A stretch of DNA of 56,001 nt from a virus (Duplodnaviria; Caudoviricetes). The translations under genes and the position numbers were made by a program. This document shows, one piece after another, positions 14,831 through 25,605 of this stretch. How positions within the stretch are numbered: the first letter of the stretch is position 1; each line of letters opens with the position of its first letter. Below the pieces are notes generated by a model that worked only from the letters and a program-made list of their open reading frames with translations, was not told where the DNA came from and did no database searches. Location of the stretch: positions 1-56,001 of IMG/VR virus record IMGVR_UViG_3300043413_000021; one strand, 5' to 3'.

Positions 14831-15252
14831 TAAAAACAGAAGTAATAGGTCATTTAGGAAATGATGCAGTAGTAAATAACGTTAACGGTAAAAGTGTAGT
14901 TAACTTTTCGGTAGCCCATACAGAAAAATATAAAGATTCAAATGGAGTGGAAACAACAAACACTATTTGGGTTTCATGTTCTTATTGGGCTGAAAGAATA
15001 GGTGTAGCAACTTATCTTAAAAGGGGTACACAAGTTTATGTTGAGGGGCAACCTTCGTTAAAAACATACGTGGATAATCAAAATAAAACACAAGCTCAAC
15101 TAAGCTTAAGAGTAAGAAACATACAATTACTTGGAGGGGCAAAACAAGAGCAGGTACAACCACAGCAAAATAATTATCCATCCAATCCACAAGATGTATT
15201 AACCGATAAACAAAAAGAGTTTTTAGAGCAAAAAGATGATTTGCCTTTTTAA
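14827..15252 (+). CDS. ssb: Single-stranded DNA-binding protein
   Basis: IGHLGNDA, FSVA, YLKRGTQVYVEG and the C-terminal DDLPF tail. Confidence 0.95.
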   Translation: MIKTEVIGHLGNDAVVNNVNGKSVVNFSVAHTEKYKDSNGVETTNTIWVSCSYWAERIGVATYLKRGTQVYVEGQPSLKTYVDNQNKTQAQLSLRVRNIQLLGGAKQEQVQPQQNNYPSNPQDVLTDKQKEFLEQKDDLPF

Positions 15253-15253
15253 A

Positions 15254-15291
15254 TTCTACTTTTTGTGGGTAGTTAATCAAGTCAAACAACC
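15254..15291 (+). repeat. 38-bp leader element, copy 2
   Basis: ttctactttttgtgggtagttaatcaagtcaaacaacc. Confidence 0.8.
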
Positions 15292-15323
15292 CTCAACCTT
15301 TTTTTAAAACAAAAAAAATAAAA

Positions 15324-15647
15324 ATGGCTAAACTATCTAAACCTGTAAATGATTGGGCTAGGTGCTTAATTATATTACATAGTAATTACATGGCTGGGGT
15401 ATCTATGGCAAAAGTGCTTAATGTACTCCCACATTTTTACAAGTTTCAAACAAGACTAAAGGAGGTTGAAAAAGCCCACCCTAAACTAAAAATATCAAGA
15501 ACTATAATACCTTTTAAAAATGCTAAATTAAATAAAAACGGTTACTTTACACAATACACACTACTAAGCCCACCATCATACGTTATTAACCTTTACAATA
15601 AAATAAATAAAGAGGGACTTTATGGAGAAAAAAAAGATAAAAAATGA
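15324..15647 (+). CDS. Hypothetical basic protein
   Basis: ORF track; A-rich leader. Confidence 0.55.
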   Translation: MAKLSKPVNDWARCLIILHSNYMAGVSMAKVLNVLPHFYKFQTRLKEVEKAHPKLKISRTIIPFKNAKLNKNGYFTQYTLLSPPSYVINLYNKINKEGLYGEKKDKK

Positions 15648-15912
15648 TTTGCCAATAGAGTGGACTGGTAAGGCAAAGGAAATAGGCATGATTGAATCTG
15701 AACTCATGCACATAGTTTATGATTGCTCCATCCCAACATTAGAAGAAAGAAAAAATAAGGCACAAATATTTTATACTGCAAGGGAGGTTTCTGAACATTT
15801 AGGCGTAAAAATAGATACGGTATTTAGAAATAGAATAGCTAGTAAAAGAATAAAAGCATTAAATGGGAAGATGTATGCCGTTAGGGTGGCAAAAAATAAC
15901 CTAAACCAATAA
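15622..15912 (+). CDS. Hypothetical protein with a NUMOD1/HTH-like motif
   Basis: FYTAREVSEHLGVKIDTV. Confidence 0.45.
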   Translation: MEKKKIKNDLPIEWTGKAKEIGMIESELMHIVYDCSIPTLEERKNKAQIFYTAREVSEHLGVKIDTVFRNRIASKRIKALNGKMYAVRVAKNNLNQ

Positions 15913-15967
15913 CCGTAAACCAAATAAAGAATTAACTTTAATTAAATTTTTAGCAAAAGCATTAAAT

Positions 15968-16645
15968 ATGACATTAAAAGCAGCGCATGGGAGGTGTTTA
16001 CTTAAATGCGATTTGGATTTTAAAAACAACCATACTTTTAAAGATGGTACTACAATAAGGTTAGAAAGGAACGTTGAAAACCTTAATTATAGGGAAACGA
16101 TGCCAGTTCAAGCCGAATGTATAGAAGAAAATGGGGTGGTTCCGTTTGGAGCAATTGTATTATGCCATCATAATTCATTCCACCCAACTAATCAAGTATT
16201 TAATAGTTTATCTTTAAGTGGTGAAGAAATAGCTAGTGGGGTATCTATTTATTCCATCCCATTATCGGAATGCTTCTTGTGGAAAACAAAAGATATGAAG
16301 GAATGGGATGGGGTTAAGGGGTATGCCATTGCAGAAAGGGTATTTCAGCCGTATAATGGGATTATAGAAGGGATACTCCCAACTAAAATAAAAGATTCTC
16401 TTTATGTAAAAACTGGGTACAATAAAGGGAAAGTAGTAAGAACACTAAAATCATGCGATTATGAAATAGTGTTTAGAAACGAAGAAGGACAAGAGGAAAG
16501 AATAATTCGATTTCGCACGTCTTACCCAGAGCATAATGAAAGAGAAGAAGTGCTATTCATTGATGAAGAACTAACAAAAAAAGTTCTAAAAGGGGAGATA
16601 CTTGTAGGGCTAAATGAAAACAATTGTGGTATAATTTTTAAATAA
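15968..16645 (+). CDS. Hypothetical protein at the head of the packaging cluster
   Basis: 225 aa, GAIVLCHHN motif, two genes upstream of the terminase. Confidence 0.6.
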   Translation: MTLKAAHGRCLLKCDLDFKNNHTFKDGTTIRLERNVENLNYRETMPVQAECIEENGVVPFGAIVLCHHNSFHPTNQVFNSLSLSGEEIASGVSIYSIPLSECFLWKTKDMKEWDGVKGYAIAERVFQPYNGIIEGILPTKIKDSLYVKTGYNKGKVVRTLKSCDYEIVFRNEEGQEERIIRFRTSYPEHNEREEVLFIDEELTKKVLKGEILVGLNENNCGIIFK

Positions 16646-16649
16646 AAAA

Positions 16650-17003
16650 ATGAAAGAATTGGAAGATAATATTAACATACTTCAAAAAAGAATTAAATTC
16701 TTAGATGAGCAATTAAATCAAGCAAATGAAAAAATAGATTCTTATGAAACAGGCGATAGAAGTTTATATTACTCTATTCAAAGAAAAATGTCCGAGATGT
16801 CTAAGATGTTAAATAGCCAAAATTTAAACAATATTGATATATCAAGTAAATCAGATGCTACATTTGAAAGAATTTTTAAATTATTAGAAAAAATGGAGGC
16901 TATTTCAAATGCATCAACTTCACTTGCTAAATCATTAGGACTTAAAAAAGATTCAGAATCAAAAGGCAATTTTACCGATAGTTTAGCAGAAGATAGAGCA
17001 TAA
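16650..17003 (+). CDS. Possible terminase small subunit
   Basis: Helical 117-aa protein coupled to the large terminase start. Position-based call only. Confidence 0.35.
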   Translation: MKELEDNINILQKRIKFLDEQLNQANEKIDSYETGDRSLYYSIQRKMSEMSKMLNSQNLNNIDISSKSDATFERIFKLLEKMEAISNASTSLAKSLGLKKDSESKGNFTDSLAEDRA

Positions 17004-19057
17004 TGCAAGAAACAATAGAAATATACGGTTCTACAATTAAACTTCCAGTTAATACAAAAGAGGCAGAATGTATTAATTATGGGTTGCCCAAAAAAGAACA
17101 AAAATGGAAACGAATGCCATTGCCTTCTTTTTTTGATACAGTTGAATATGATAAGACTGGTAATTTATTGTTATCCCCCGAACAAGAAGAGTATGCGGTA
17201 GAAGAAGTTAAAAGGTGCAAAAATGGGATTTGGGTTTTTATTGGGGGTAAAATAAGGTATATACCTAAAAGATATTATTTTTATTTACAATATTATACAT
17301 TAGAAGATGGCACTGCGCCAGATTTTAGAGAGGCTGATAGGCTTTATTATCTTTTCTTTGAACATTGGTTTTCAGTGTTGTGGTGTTTGGGTATAATTAG
17401 AACCAAAAAAAGAAGGCAGGGTGCTTCTTCTCAATCATGCTCTAATATACTTTACGAATCAATTTTTTATAAAAACTCAAACTGCGGGTTAATATCAAAA
17501 ACAAAAGAGGATAGTAAAGATACTTTTACTCAAATGATTACTATGGCTTATAGGATGTTACCCGCTTTCCTAAAGCCAAGACAAGTTAATAAAGAGGACA
17601 GTGTAACGGAACTTGTATTTGCTCATAAGTCTAACACAATTAAAGCAGGTTCGGCTGCGGGTTCAAAAGAAAGCGAAGGGCATAATTCAAGAATTAACTA
17701 TAAAGCACCAGTATTAAATGCTTACGATAGAGGTAGGATGAGTTATGTATTAGGGGATGAGTTCGGTAAGCTACCAAAAGATGTACCAGCTTTTAGGTTA
17801 TTATCTATTATAGCTAAAACCCTAGTAAAGGGGGTAAAAAGGGTAGGTTGGATTGATATGCCATCCACTGTAAATGAAATGACAAAAGGGGGTGGTGCGG
17901 AGTATAAAAAAATATGGGATTATGCTAATCAATTTAAGAAAAAACCAACTGTAAATAGAATAGTAAGATTTTTTCAACCAGCTTACGAAGCATACGAAGG
18001 ATTTATTGATGAATATGGGGATAGTGTAATAAACGAACCAACAGAAGAACAGTATGAATATTTAGTAAGTAAATGGGTTCAAAGAAATGAATATGGGGAA
18101 TTAATATCTGAACTTTCAGAAGAAGATATTAGGTTGGGTTCAAAGCATTATGTTCTTATAAAAAGAAGGCAAGATTTAGAGGGAGTAGACCTTGAAGAAG
18201 AAATAAGAATGAACCCTTGTGATGAAGATGAAGCATTTTTATCCGCCGTATCGGATTGCCATTTTAATTCAGTTAATGTTAGAAAACAAAGAAAAATCAT
18301 AGAAGAAACACCTCCTTTTATTAGAAAAGTATCTTTTTATAGAAGATTAGACCAAACAGTAGGTTGGAGAGATGATGAAAATGGGAATTGGAGCATATTG
18401 CATTTCCCTAAAAAAGAACAAGAAAACAAAAATACAATAAAAGATAGGCTAAAAACACCATCTAATATTTCAGAATATGTAATGGGAGTGGATGGGTACG
18501 CAAATAGTCAAGGAATAAATGGAGGTAGAAAGTACGGCTCAAATGCGGCAGGATTTATATTTGATAGGTCTAAAATGATGTTTATTGCTATGTATTTTGG
18601 TAGACCTAGAACAAAAGAATTGATGCACGAACAAATTATGTTAGCATCTGAATTTTATGGATGTAAGGTTTGGTATGAAAAAACAGCAGACGATTATTTA
18701 ACATATTTTAGAGAAAGGGGGAAGGTGGCATATCTAGGGAAATATCCAATATCATGCATAGACCCAGAAAAAAGAGAAACTTATGATAGGTTTTATGGGT
18801 TTCCCATATCCCCATTCGCTATGACAAAGCAGCTAGATTCATTAATAGCGTATTCAGATAATGATAAAATAACAGGGGAAACGCTTTGCGATAGGATATA
18901 CTTTGATAAACTTTTAGAGCAAATGCTTGTTTTTGAAGCAGAAAAAAGAACGGAATACGATGCGGTAGTTGCCGCAATGATTACCCTTTGTTGTGCTTTA
19001 GAACCAGTGAATAGACCCAATAAAATAAGCGCACCACTAATAAAAATATATAACTAA
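17003..19057 (+). CDS. terL: Terminase large subunit (crAss-like type)
   Basis: KKRRQGAS Walker A, VLGDEFGK Walker B, PST coupling motif, nuclease motifs MGVDGY and YDAVVA. Confidence 0.9.
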   Translation: MQETIEIYGSTIKLPVNTKEAECINYGLPKKEQKWKRMPLPSFFDTVEYDKTGNLLLSPEQEEYAVEEVKRCKNGIWVFIGGKIRYIPKRYYFYLQYYTLEDGTAPDFREADRLYYLFFEHWFSVLWCLGIIRTKKRRQGASSQSCSNILYESIFYKNSNCGLISKTKEDSKDTFTQMITMAYRMLPAFLKPRQVNKEDSVTELVFAHKSNTIKAGSAAGSKESEGHNSRINYKAPVLNAYDRGRMSYVLGDEFGKLPKDVPAFRLLSIIAKTLVKGVKRVGWIDMPSTVNEMTKGGGAEYKKIWDYANQFKKKPTVNRIVRFFQPAYEAYEGFIDEYGDSVINEPTEEQYEYLVSKWVQRNEYGELISELSEEDIRLGSKHYVLIKRRQDLEGVDLEEEIRMNPCDEDEAFLSAVSDCHFNSVNVRKQRKIIEETPPFIRKVSFYRRLDQTVGWRDDENGNWSILHFPKKEQENKNTIKDRLKTPSNISEYVMGVDGYANSQGINGGRKYGSNAAGFIFDRSKMMFIAMYFGRPRTKELMHEQIMLASEFYGCKVWYEKTADDYLTYFRERGKVAYLGKYPISCIDPEKRETYDRFYGFPISPFAMTKQLDSLIAYSDNDKITGETLCDRIYFDKLLEQMLVFEAEKRTEYDAVVAAMITLCCALEPVNRPNKISAPLIKIYN

Positions 19058-19099
19058 TTAAATTTTAATACATTTTTAACATTTTTTTTAAAAAAAATG

Positions 19100-19107
19100 T
19101 ATATTTG
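19100..19107 (+). promoter_or_regulatory. Bacteroidota promoter TATATTTG upstream of the portal gene
   Basis: Exact consensus match in an intergenic gap. Confidence 0.55.
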
Positions 19108-19130
19108 AAGTATTAAGTAAATATACATTA

Positions 19131-21524
19131 GTGAATAATATATCTAATATAGATTCATTTGGAACGTCAAGTTCATCAGCCGTAAAAAATTTTCAATTAT
19201 CTGGGGATATATCAAGTAAATTAGAAAAATCCTATGGGAAAGAAGTAGCTAATTATATATTTTCTACTATAAACGGAACAAATAGCTATTATTGGAATAG
19301 GAATAATAGGTTTTCAATCAATAGGCAGTATGCCAATGGTAAGATAGATATGAGCCGTTTTGTGGATAGGCTTGAAATGAATGGGAAAACAAATTATGTT
19401 AATTTGAATTGGAATTGCATAAAAATGTGCAATACTATAATAGGTAGGCTTGTTGGAGGATGGATGGGTAGACTTGAAAAAATAAACATTACAGGGGTAG
19501 ACCCAATATCAGTTAATGGCAAAAGAGAACAAGCGGAACAAGCCGAATTTGTGTTCGATAACAAAGAAATGCTATCGCAATTACAACAAGAATCTGGTGT
19601 GCCGCTTATCCCTAAAGACCAATTTATAGCAGAAGATAAGGATGAATTAGAGCAATGGATGTCGGAATTTAATAAAACCCCAGAGGAAATAAAATACGAA
19701 ATTGGATGCAATAATGTACTTCATTCAAACGGATGGTTCGATGTCTTGAAAAATAAGATGCTACATGATTCGGCAGAGGTTGGGCTAGTTTGCACTTATA
19801 CATACCTTAATCAAGAAGGGGAAATTATTGTAGAATGGGTAAGACCAGAAAACGCCTTTTATTCGTATTCAGAATATGACGACCTAAGAGATACAGTGTG
19901 GAGGGGGAGAATGACTACATTAAAAATAAGCGAATTACGTAAAAAGTATGGCATAGAGGGTGGAGGGGAATTAACAGAGGAGCAAATATTTGTTATAGCC
20001 CAAACATCCAAAGAATATAGGATGCTAGACCAACTTAGGTGGATGCAACAGTGGAATGTTTCTATTATTAGACCGTATGATGAGTGGAATATAGATATAA
20101 TGGAATTTGAATTAAAAAGTTTAGATAACGAAGAATTTTTAATAACAAAGACTGGTAAGGGTAGCACATTAGTAACAAAAGGCAAATTTGATAAATTAAA
20201 AGCAAATCAAAAGGTAGTAGATAAGAAAACATGGAATATTTATCGGTGTGTTTATGCACCTCAATCTAGGACTATTTTAGAATGGGGTATAAAAGAAAAT
20301 ATGATAAGACCACAAGACCCTAAAGAAAGCGGTAATGTAGAATTTTCGTATAGCTTCTTTATGTACCAAAACTATGATATGAGAAATGTGGCAGTTCCAG
20401 AAAAGATAGAAGAACCGCTAGACCAAATGATTATAGCTAGGCTTAAAATACAGCAACTTGTAGCTAAAATGAAGCCATCTGGTAGTGCTATTAACATTGA
20501 TTCGATGCAGGAAATTGATTTAGGGTTGGGGGATTTTACAAAGCCATTAGAAGTACAAAAAATATACGAACAAACGGGTAATCTTTACTATCGTGGAAGA
20601 GATGCGGAGGGTAACCCAATACCAATACCAATACAAGAGCTTTCAAATTCAGGGTTTATAGGTCAAATGCAAGCTTTAATTAGTTTGTATCAATTTCATT
20701 TACAAGTATTAAAAGATGAGTTAGGGCTTGACCCAAATATGTCGCAAAGCATAGCAGCCCCAAGAGTTACTTCTAGGAATGCAGAAAGCGCAATGATTAT
20801 AACAGATATAACAACTGAACATATTTATAAGGCATATTTAAGATGCATGGAAGATGTTGCTAAAAAAGTATCCTGTTTATTAAATACAAGTGTGGTTCAT
20901 GGAGCAAAAAAATATAGAGAACTTCTTAAAATAGATGAAGTTTCGGGTAGAAATTTCTCTACCAAAATAGAAATGCTTCCAAATGAACAAGAAGTTCAAA
21001 AACTAGAAGCGTTATTAAATGAATCAATAAGCGCAAACAAAGATTTTATACTTTATATAGACCCATTCAAATTATTGAGAGTAGCAAAGGAAAACATAAA
21101 ATTTGCTGAATTACTTTTTAGGCAAGCACAGAAAAGGTATTTAAAATCACAAATGGAGATTGCTCAAAAAAATAGTGAGTATAATGCGGAAATTCAAGTA
21201 AAATCTCAACAGGCAAAAGCTGAATCAGATGCTTCTCTTGAAAATCAAAAAAATAAAGCAAAAGAAAAGCAAATACTACTTAGTGGGTACTTTGATTTAG
21301 TAAAATCAGGCGTTCAAGTTCCGCAAGATATAACGTTTGTTTTGTCGGAAGTTATTAAAAGTGTTGCTGTTCCTTTAGCTATGCAAAATCAGCAAACACA
21401 AATGGAATTACAGCAACAAGCTATGGCAGAACAACAACAAATGGAAGAACAACAAATGGGTGGAGAACAAATGGAAGAAGGACAAATGGGGGAAATTAGT
21501 AATGAATTTCAACAACAAATGTAA
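19131..21524 (+). CDS. Portal protein
   Basis: 797 aa directly after terL, helical, with a Q/E/M-rich C-terminal coiled coil, as in podovirus/crAss-like portals. Confidence 0.8.
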   Translation: MNNISNIDSFGTSSSSAVKNFQLSGDISSKLEKSYGKEVANYIFSTINGTNSYYWNRNNRFSINRQYANGKIDMSRFVDRLEMNGKTNYVNLNWNCIKMCNTIIGRLVGGWMGRLEKINITGVDPISVNGKREQAEQAEFVFDNKEMLSQLQQESGVPLIPKDQFIAEDKDELEQWMSEFNKTPEEIKYEIGCNNVLHSNGWFDVLKNKMLHDSAEVGLVCTYTYLNQEGEIIVEWVRPENAFYSYSEYDDLRDTVWRGRMTTLKISELRKKYGIEGGGELTEEQIFVIAQTSKEYRMLDQLRWMQQWNVSIIRPYDEWNIDIMEFELKSLDNEEFLITKTGKGSTLVTKGKFDKLKANQKVVDKKTWNIYRCVYAPQSRTILEWGIKENMIRPQDPKESGNVEFSYSFFMYQNYDMRNVAVPEKIEEPLDQMIIARLKIQQLVAKMKPSGSAINIDSMQEIDLGLGDFTKPLEVQKIYEQTGNLYYRGRDAEGNPIPIPIQELSNSGFIGQMQALISLYQFHLQVLKDELGLDPNMSQSIAAPRVTSRNAESAMIITDITTEHIYKAYLRCMEDVAKKVSCLLNTSVVHGAKKYRELLKIDEVSGRNFSTKIEMLPNEQEVQKLEALLNESISANKDFILYIDPFKLLRVAKENIKFAELLFRQAQKRYLKSQMEIAQKNSEYNAEIQVKSQQAKAESDASLENQKNKAKEKQILLSGYFDLVKSGVQVPQDITFVLSEVIKSVAVPLAMQNQQTQMELQQQAMAEQQQMEEQQMGGEQMEEGQMGEISNEFQQQM

Positions 21525-21535
21525 AAATACAAATC

Positions 21536-21889
21536 ATGGCAGTAAGTGAAACGAAAGATTTAACTAATAATTTCAATGCTTCTGGGAGTGTTAAATTAGA
21601 TATAGGCGGATGGGATTATGCTATACTTCATATAGTTACTCCAAGTGGCACTGTAAATTTTAAAACATCAAATGATGGTGGATGGGTTAATGGGGTAAGT
21701 GATGGTGGGGCTTCCGCTTCTACAAATTACCTTGCAGTACAAGGAACAAACTTAACAACAACAACACAAGCATCGTCAACTGCGGCAAGTGGCATTTTTA
21801 GGTTTGACCACATTGGCGGGTTTTTTCAAATAGATGGAGCTGGGGTTACTTGCGTTAAAGCCATAATTAGATTATTTAAAATAAATTAA
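21536..21889 (+). CDS. Small beta-rich virion protein (putative)
   Basis: G/S/T-rich, 117 aa, located in the head module. Confidence 0.45.
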   Translation: MAVSETKDLTNNFNASGSVKLDIGGWDYAILHIVTPSGTVNFKTSNDGGWVNGVSDGGASASTNYLAVQGTNLTTTTQASSTAASGIFRFDHIGGFFQIDGAGVTCVKAIIRLFKIN

Positions 21890-21905
21890 ACAAATAGATA
21901 AATAT

Positions 21906-23063
21906 ATGTCAGTAGAAAATCATGTTGAAAACATTACGGAACAACAACAACAAGGCGATTTAATGCCAAACCCTTTTGATGAAGGTAGTTGGTTAGATGG
22001 GAACAATCAAGCGAAACAGATAGATGTTAATGATGATGCCAATACCCCAGATGTAGATATCATGGAAGATACAGCGGAAAAATTCGACCATGATAAATGG
22101 GTTAAAGAAAATTTCGGGTATGAAAATGTAGAAACTGCAAAAAAAGAAATAGATAGTTTTAAAAATAATACCCAACAAGAAAAAGTAAAATTCGCCAATG
22201 AAGAAAGCGAAAATATTTATAAAGCTTTACTAGAAGGGAAAACAGATGATGTTTCTGATTATCTAAGCAATAAAAGAAGGATAGATAAATTATCAATCAG
22301 TCAAGTTGATAGTACAATTGCAGAAGAAATTTTAAAACTTAGTATTCAGCAAAAAAACAAAAATTTAACAGAGGATGAAGTAGAATTTGCCTTTAAAGAT
22401 AAATATTCAATTCCCGAAAAACCAAAACAAAAAATTGATGAATTAGACGAAGAATTTGAAGAAAGGGTAAGCGAATGGAGTAACAATGTCGATATAATCA
22501 ATAAAAGAATGGTTATAGATGCTAAAATAGCACAACCAGAAATAGAAAAATTAAAAAGTGAATTAGTATTGCCAAATATTCAAACCAATAACTTAAATGA
22601 AGCTAATAAGCAAGAAGAATTGCAGCAAATAGCGGAAGTAAGAAAAAAGTTTGAATCGGCACTAGAGAATCAATATAAAAATTTCGATGGCTTTTCTATC
22701 ACTTTCAAAGACGAAAGTGCGGGTATAGAAATACCTATTTCTTATAAGCCAACGGAAGAAGAAAAAATAGGTTTGAAAAATGCACTTGCAGATTTTAATC
22801 ATTCAGAGTATTTTGGGAATCGTTGGTTTGCCGAAGATGGTAGCCCACAAATCAATCAAATGATGTCCGACAAATACTTTTTGGAAAATAGAGAAAAAAT
22901 AATGCAAAAAGTAGCCAATGAATCGGCTATGCAAATGAAACTTAAAATGATTTCATATCAAAGCAATATTAATTTATCAGGTTCAACAACCCAACAAGCA
23001 TTTTTGCCGCAAAATAATAATTCAGAAATGGATAAATTTGCAGCATCAATTTTTATGGGGTAA
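21906..23063 (+). CDS. Scaffold-like acidic head assembly protein
   Basis: Acidic, helical, immediately upstream of the MCP. Confidence 0.55.
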   Translation: MSVENHVENITEQQQQGDLMPNPFDEGSWLDGNNQAKQIDVNDDANTPDVDIMEDTAEKFDHDKWVKENFGYENVETAKKEIDSFKNNTQQEKVKFANEESENIYKALLEGKTDDVSDYLSNKRRIDKLSISQVDSTIAEEILKLSIQQKNKNLTEDEVEFAFKDKYSIPEKPKQKIDELDEEFEERVSEWSNNVDIINKRMVIDAKIAQPEIEKLKSELVLPNIQTNNLNEANKQEELQQIAEVRKKFESALENQYKNFDGFSITFKDESAGIEIPISYKPTEEEKIGLKNALADFNHSEYFGNRWFAEDGSPQINQMMSDKYFLENREKIMQKVANESAMQMKLKMISYQSNINLSGSTTQQAFLPQNNNSEMDKFAASIFMG

Positions 23064-23092
23064 TATTTTAAAAAAAAATAAAAAATTAAAAA

Positions 23093-24508
23093 ATGCCGTC
23101 ATCAATACCAACAACAAATATCTTGCAACCAGGTGCGGTTGCGTTGCAAGCAAATAGGGCTTTAATAAGTAGCCTACAATTACTAAAACCGCAATATTGG
23201 AATATGTACGTTGAAAAATTCGGTAACGAAGATTTTACGTGGTGGTTATCTACATTCGGAGGAATGGAGGAGGTTAAAAACAGAGATTTCTTCTGGTTTG
23301 AATCAAGAGGTAAATTAATGTTAGCTGTTAATAACCTTACAGCAGTTACAGCCCCAGCAGTAGGAGCAACTGTATCTATTACTGTATCAGATGGATACTT
23401 TGATAGTGGTACAGCTAACCCAATTAGAGTTGGTGAAACATTGCGTGTCGCATCTTCAAATATTGAAGGTGAAGTTTTGACAGTTAATAGCGGCACTCCA
23501 AGTGCTTTTGTTATTACCGTTAGACCTAAAATGGCTACACAAGCCTTTGTTTCAGCAGGTTCTGCAAACCTCTTAGCAGGTGAAACATTATTGCTAGGTG
23601 GTGATATGGATGCTGGTGAAGCTTCTGATGGTATTGTGGGTCAACAACACTTAGATGTAAAGTATGCCAACTCAATAACCGAAATGAGAGAAAGCTGGCA
23701 AGCAACAGACCTAGCTGAAATGACAGAAGTTTTTTATGATTCAGGCGTTTCTGGGTCATTACCAACAGCACAAGCTGGAACTTCTTATTTCACTTACAAA
23801 GGGCTTGTGAAAGCAAATGAACGTTTTAAAAATAACGTTGAGTTTAAGTTAATGCGTGGTAATTACCAAACAAACACTGGACTTTCAAGTTCAACTGGCG
23901 CACAAGGTATTTTACCAGCGATAGAAGAAAGAGGCGCAACAGTTACATATACTCCAGGTACGTTAGATATTGCAAAATTGCATGAAATAACACGTATTAT
24001 GGATGTAAATGGATGTGCAAAGCAAAATATGTGGTTGCAGGATGTATTCCAAAAACAAAACTTTTCAGATGGTATTTTCGCAGCTTACCCAGCGGGTGCT
24101 TTTGTTTGGGGAAAGGGTGAAAAATCAGAAGAAGCTAGTGTTGCTTATGGATTCCAAAACTTCTTTATTGATGGCTATTTGTTCCAAACTAAAAAATATA
24201 GTCAATTCAATTCAGAAGTTGTTTATGGTAAAACACCAACAACCGATTACTACCGTAACTATGGAGTTATTTGCCCATTAGGAGAAAGCAGAGATGGTAG
24301 AGATAGTTCTAAGTCTTACAAGAACATTACTATCATGTATCAACAGCCTCCTAAAGGTGGAACAGTAGGTAACGGTATTAGAGTATGGTCGCATGGTGGT
24401 GGTTCTACAAATCCTACCAATGGTAAAATGGAGGATAAAGTAGAAATGATTACCTATCGTTCATCAAGAGTGGTGGCAGCAAATCAGTTTGTTGTCGTTC
24501 AAGATTAG
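23093..24508 (+). CDS. Major capsid protein
   Basis: 471 aa, position in the head module, strong codon bias, FFWFESRG...GILPAIEERG pattern; followed by strong hairpins. Confidence 0.8.
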   Translation: MPSSIPTTNILQPGAVALQANRALISSLQLLKPQYWNMYVEKFGNEDFTWWLSTFGGMEEVKNRDFFWFESRGKLMLAVNNLTAVTAPAVGATVSITVSDGYFDSGTANPIRVGETLRVASSNIEGEVLTVNSGTPSAFVITVRPKMATQAFVSAGSANLLAGETLLLGGDMDAGEASDGIVGQQHLDVKYANSITEMRESWQATDLAEMTEVFYDSGVSGSLPTAQAGTSYFTYKGLVKANERFKNNVEFKLMRGNYQTNTGLSSSTGAQGILPAIEERGATVTYTPGTLDIAKLHEITRIMDVNGCAKQNMWLQDVFQKQNFSDGIFAAYPAGAFVWGKGEKSEEASVAYGFQNFFIDGYLFQTKKYSQFNSEVVYGKTPTTDYYRNYGVICPLGESRDGRDSSKSYKNITIMYQQPPKGGTVGNGIRVWSHGGGSTNPTNGKMEDKVEMITYRSSRVVAANQFVVVQD

Positions 24509-24519
24509 TATTAAATTTT

Positions 24520-24569
24520 ATATGTGGGGGGTGATGCCCCCACATATTATTATCCCCCGAGATGGGGGA
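24520..24569 (+). terminator. Two tandem GC-rich hairpins after the MCP
   Basis: atatgtggggg/cccccacatat and tccccc/ggggga. Confidence 0.6.
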
Positions 24570-24615
24570 GGGTAGACATAAAAAACCCTTAATTTATCAA
24601 AAAATAATTATAAAA

Positions 24616-25521
24616 ATGAGCAAAAGTCAACAAGGCGTAAGTCTAGGCACAATTAAAAATTCATCAATGAGCCATGATGAATTAGCAGATAAAAATTCAC
24701 TACAAAATGAACTAGATTATTCTAATATAGCAACATCCGAAAGAGCTGAAATAGAATCTGGGTTTGTTATTTTTAAATTAGTGAATACTAAAAAACAAGG
24801 TAGGGTGCATATAGACCATATTAACGATGCCGTCAACCCTAAAACAAATAAAGTTGAAAGATTGAGGCTATTATCTGGGATTAATTCCATTTGGTTAAAA
24901 GACCAAAAAGAAGTTACAGAGGAGTACGCAAAATCAAATAGACGTTCTCTTGTTTTTGAAGGTAAAATATTGCGAATACCTAGTTGGGATTACACTGCCA
25001 TAGAATTTGCAAGAACTTGTAGTCATTGTATAGATAACCCAAAAAGAAAATCTGGTTCTAAAACTGAATTTTTTGAATGGAATCCTTCAAAACAAGCAGA
25101 AGAGGCACTAAAAAGGCAGCATTTCAAAATTGATGCAATGCAAAAAGCACTTACCTGTCCAGAAGATAGGATGAAAAAACACGCACTTTACTTAAACGTT
25201 TCTTTTATTGATGAAGTGGGTATGCTAAAAACAGCAGAATTAATAAGAAGGGATTATGCACTTAAAGCAGAAGAAAACCCTCAAAAATTCATGGACACGT
25301 ATGATAGTGAACTTGTTGAAATTTCATATCTTATTAAAAAAGCGGTATCTGAATCAAAAATAGATACTGGAAGGGAAAGGAATAAGGCATATTGGGCAAC
25401 TGGCAAATTTATATGCTCAATACCACCTAGCCAATCTACTAATGAATCATTATTAGAGTTCGCTTCATCTAAAACACCAGAAGGGGTGGAGTTTTTAGAG
25501 CAACTTAAATTGGTTAATTAA
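24616..25521 (+). CDS. Hypothetical protein downstream of the MCP (likely start MSKSQ at 24616)
   Basis: A-rich leader at 24616; lies in the head module. Confidence 0.6.
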   Translation: MSKSQQGVSLGTIKNSSMSHDELADKNSLQNELDYSNIATSERAEIESGFVIFKLVNTKKQGRVHIDHINDAVNPKTNKVERLRLLSGINSIWLKDQKEVTEEYAKSNRRSLVFEGKILRIPSWDYTAIEFARTCSHCIDNPKRKSGSKTEFFEWNPSKQAEEALKRQHFKIDAMQKALTCPEDRMKKHALYLNVSFIDEVGMLKTAELIRRDYALKAEENPQKFMDTYDSELVEISYLIKKAVSESKIDTGRERNKAYWATGKFICSIPPSQSTNESLLEFASSKTPEGVEFLEQLKLVN

Positions 25522-25540
25522 TTTCCCCCTAGTGAGTAAG

Positions 25541-25570
25541 TAAACCTCCTATAAATTTATAGGGGGTTTA
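25541..25570 (+). terminator. Terminator-like hairpin
   Basis: taaacctcctataa / ttatagggggttta. Confidence 0.55.
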
Positions 25571-25581
25571 CTATTTTTGGT

Positions 25582-25589
25582 TATATTTG
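25582..25589 (+). promoter_or_regulatory. Bacteroidota promoter TATATTTG upstream of the tail-ring operon
   Basis: Exact consensus match. Confidence 0.55.
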
Positions 25590-25605
25590 GGAAACTACTA
25601 ATTTT

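Noticed and set aside
21400-21524. caacaaatgga repeats at the portal 3' end
   Set aside because: This is an ordinary low-complexity Q/M/E tail, common in portal proteins.
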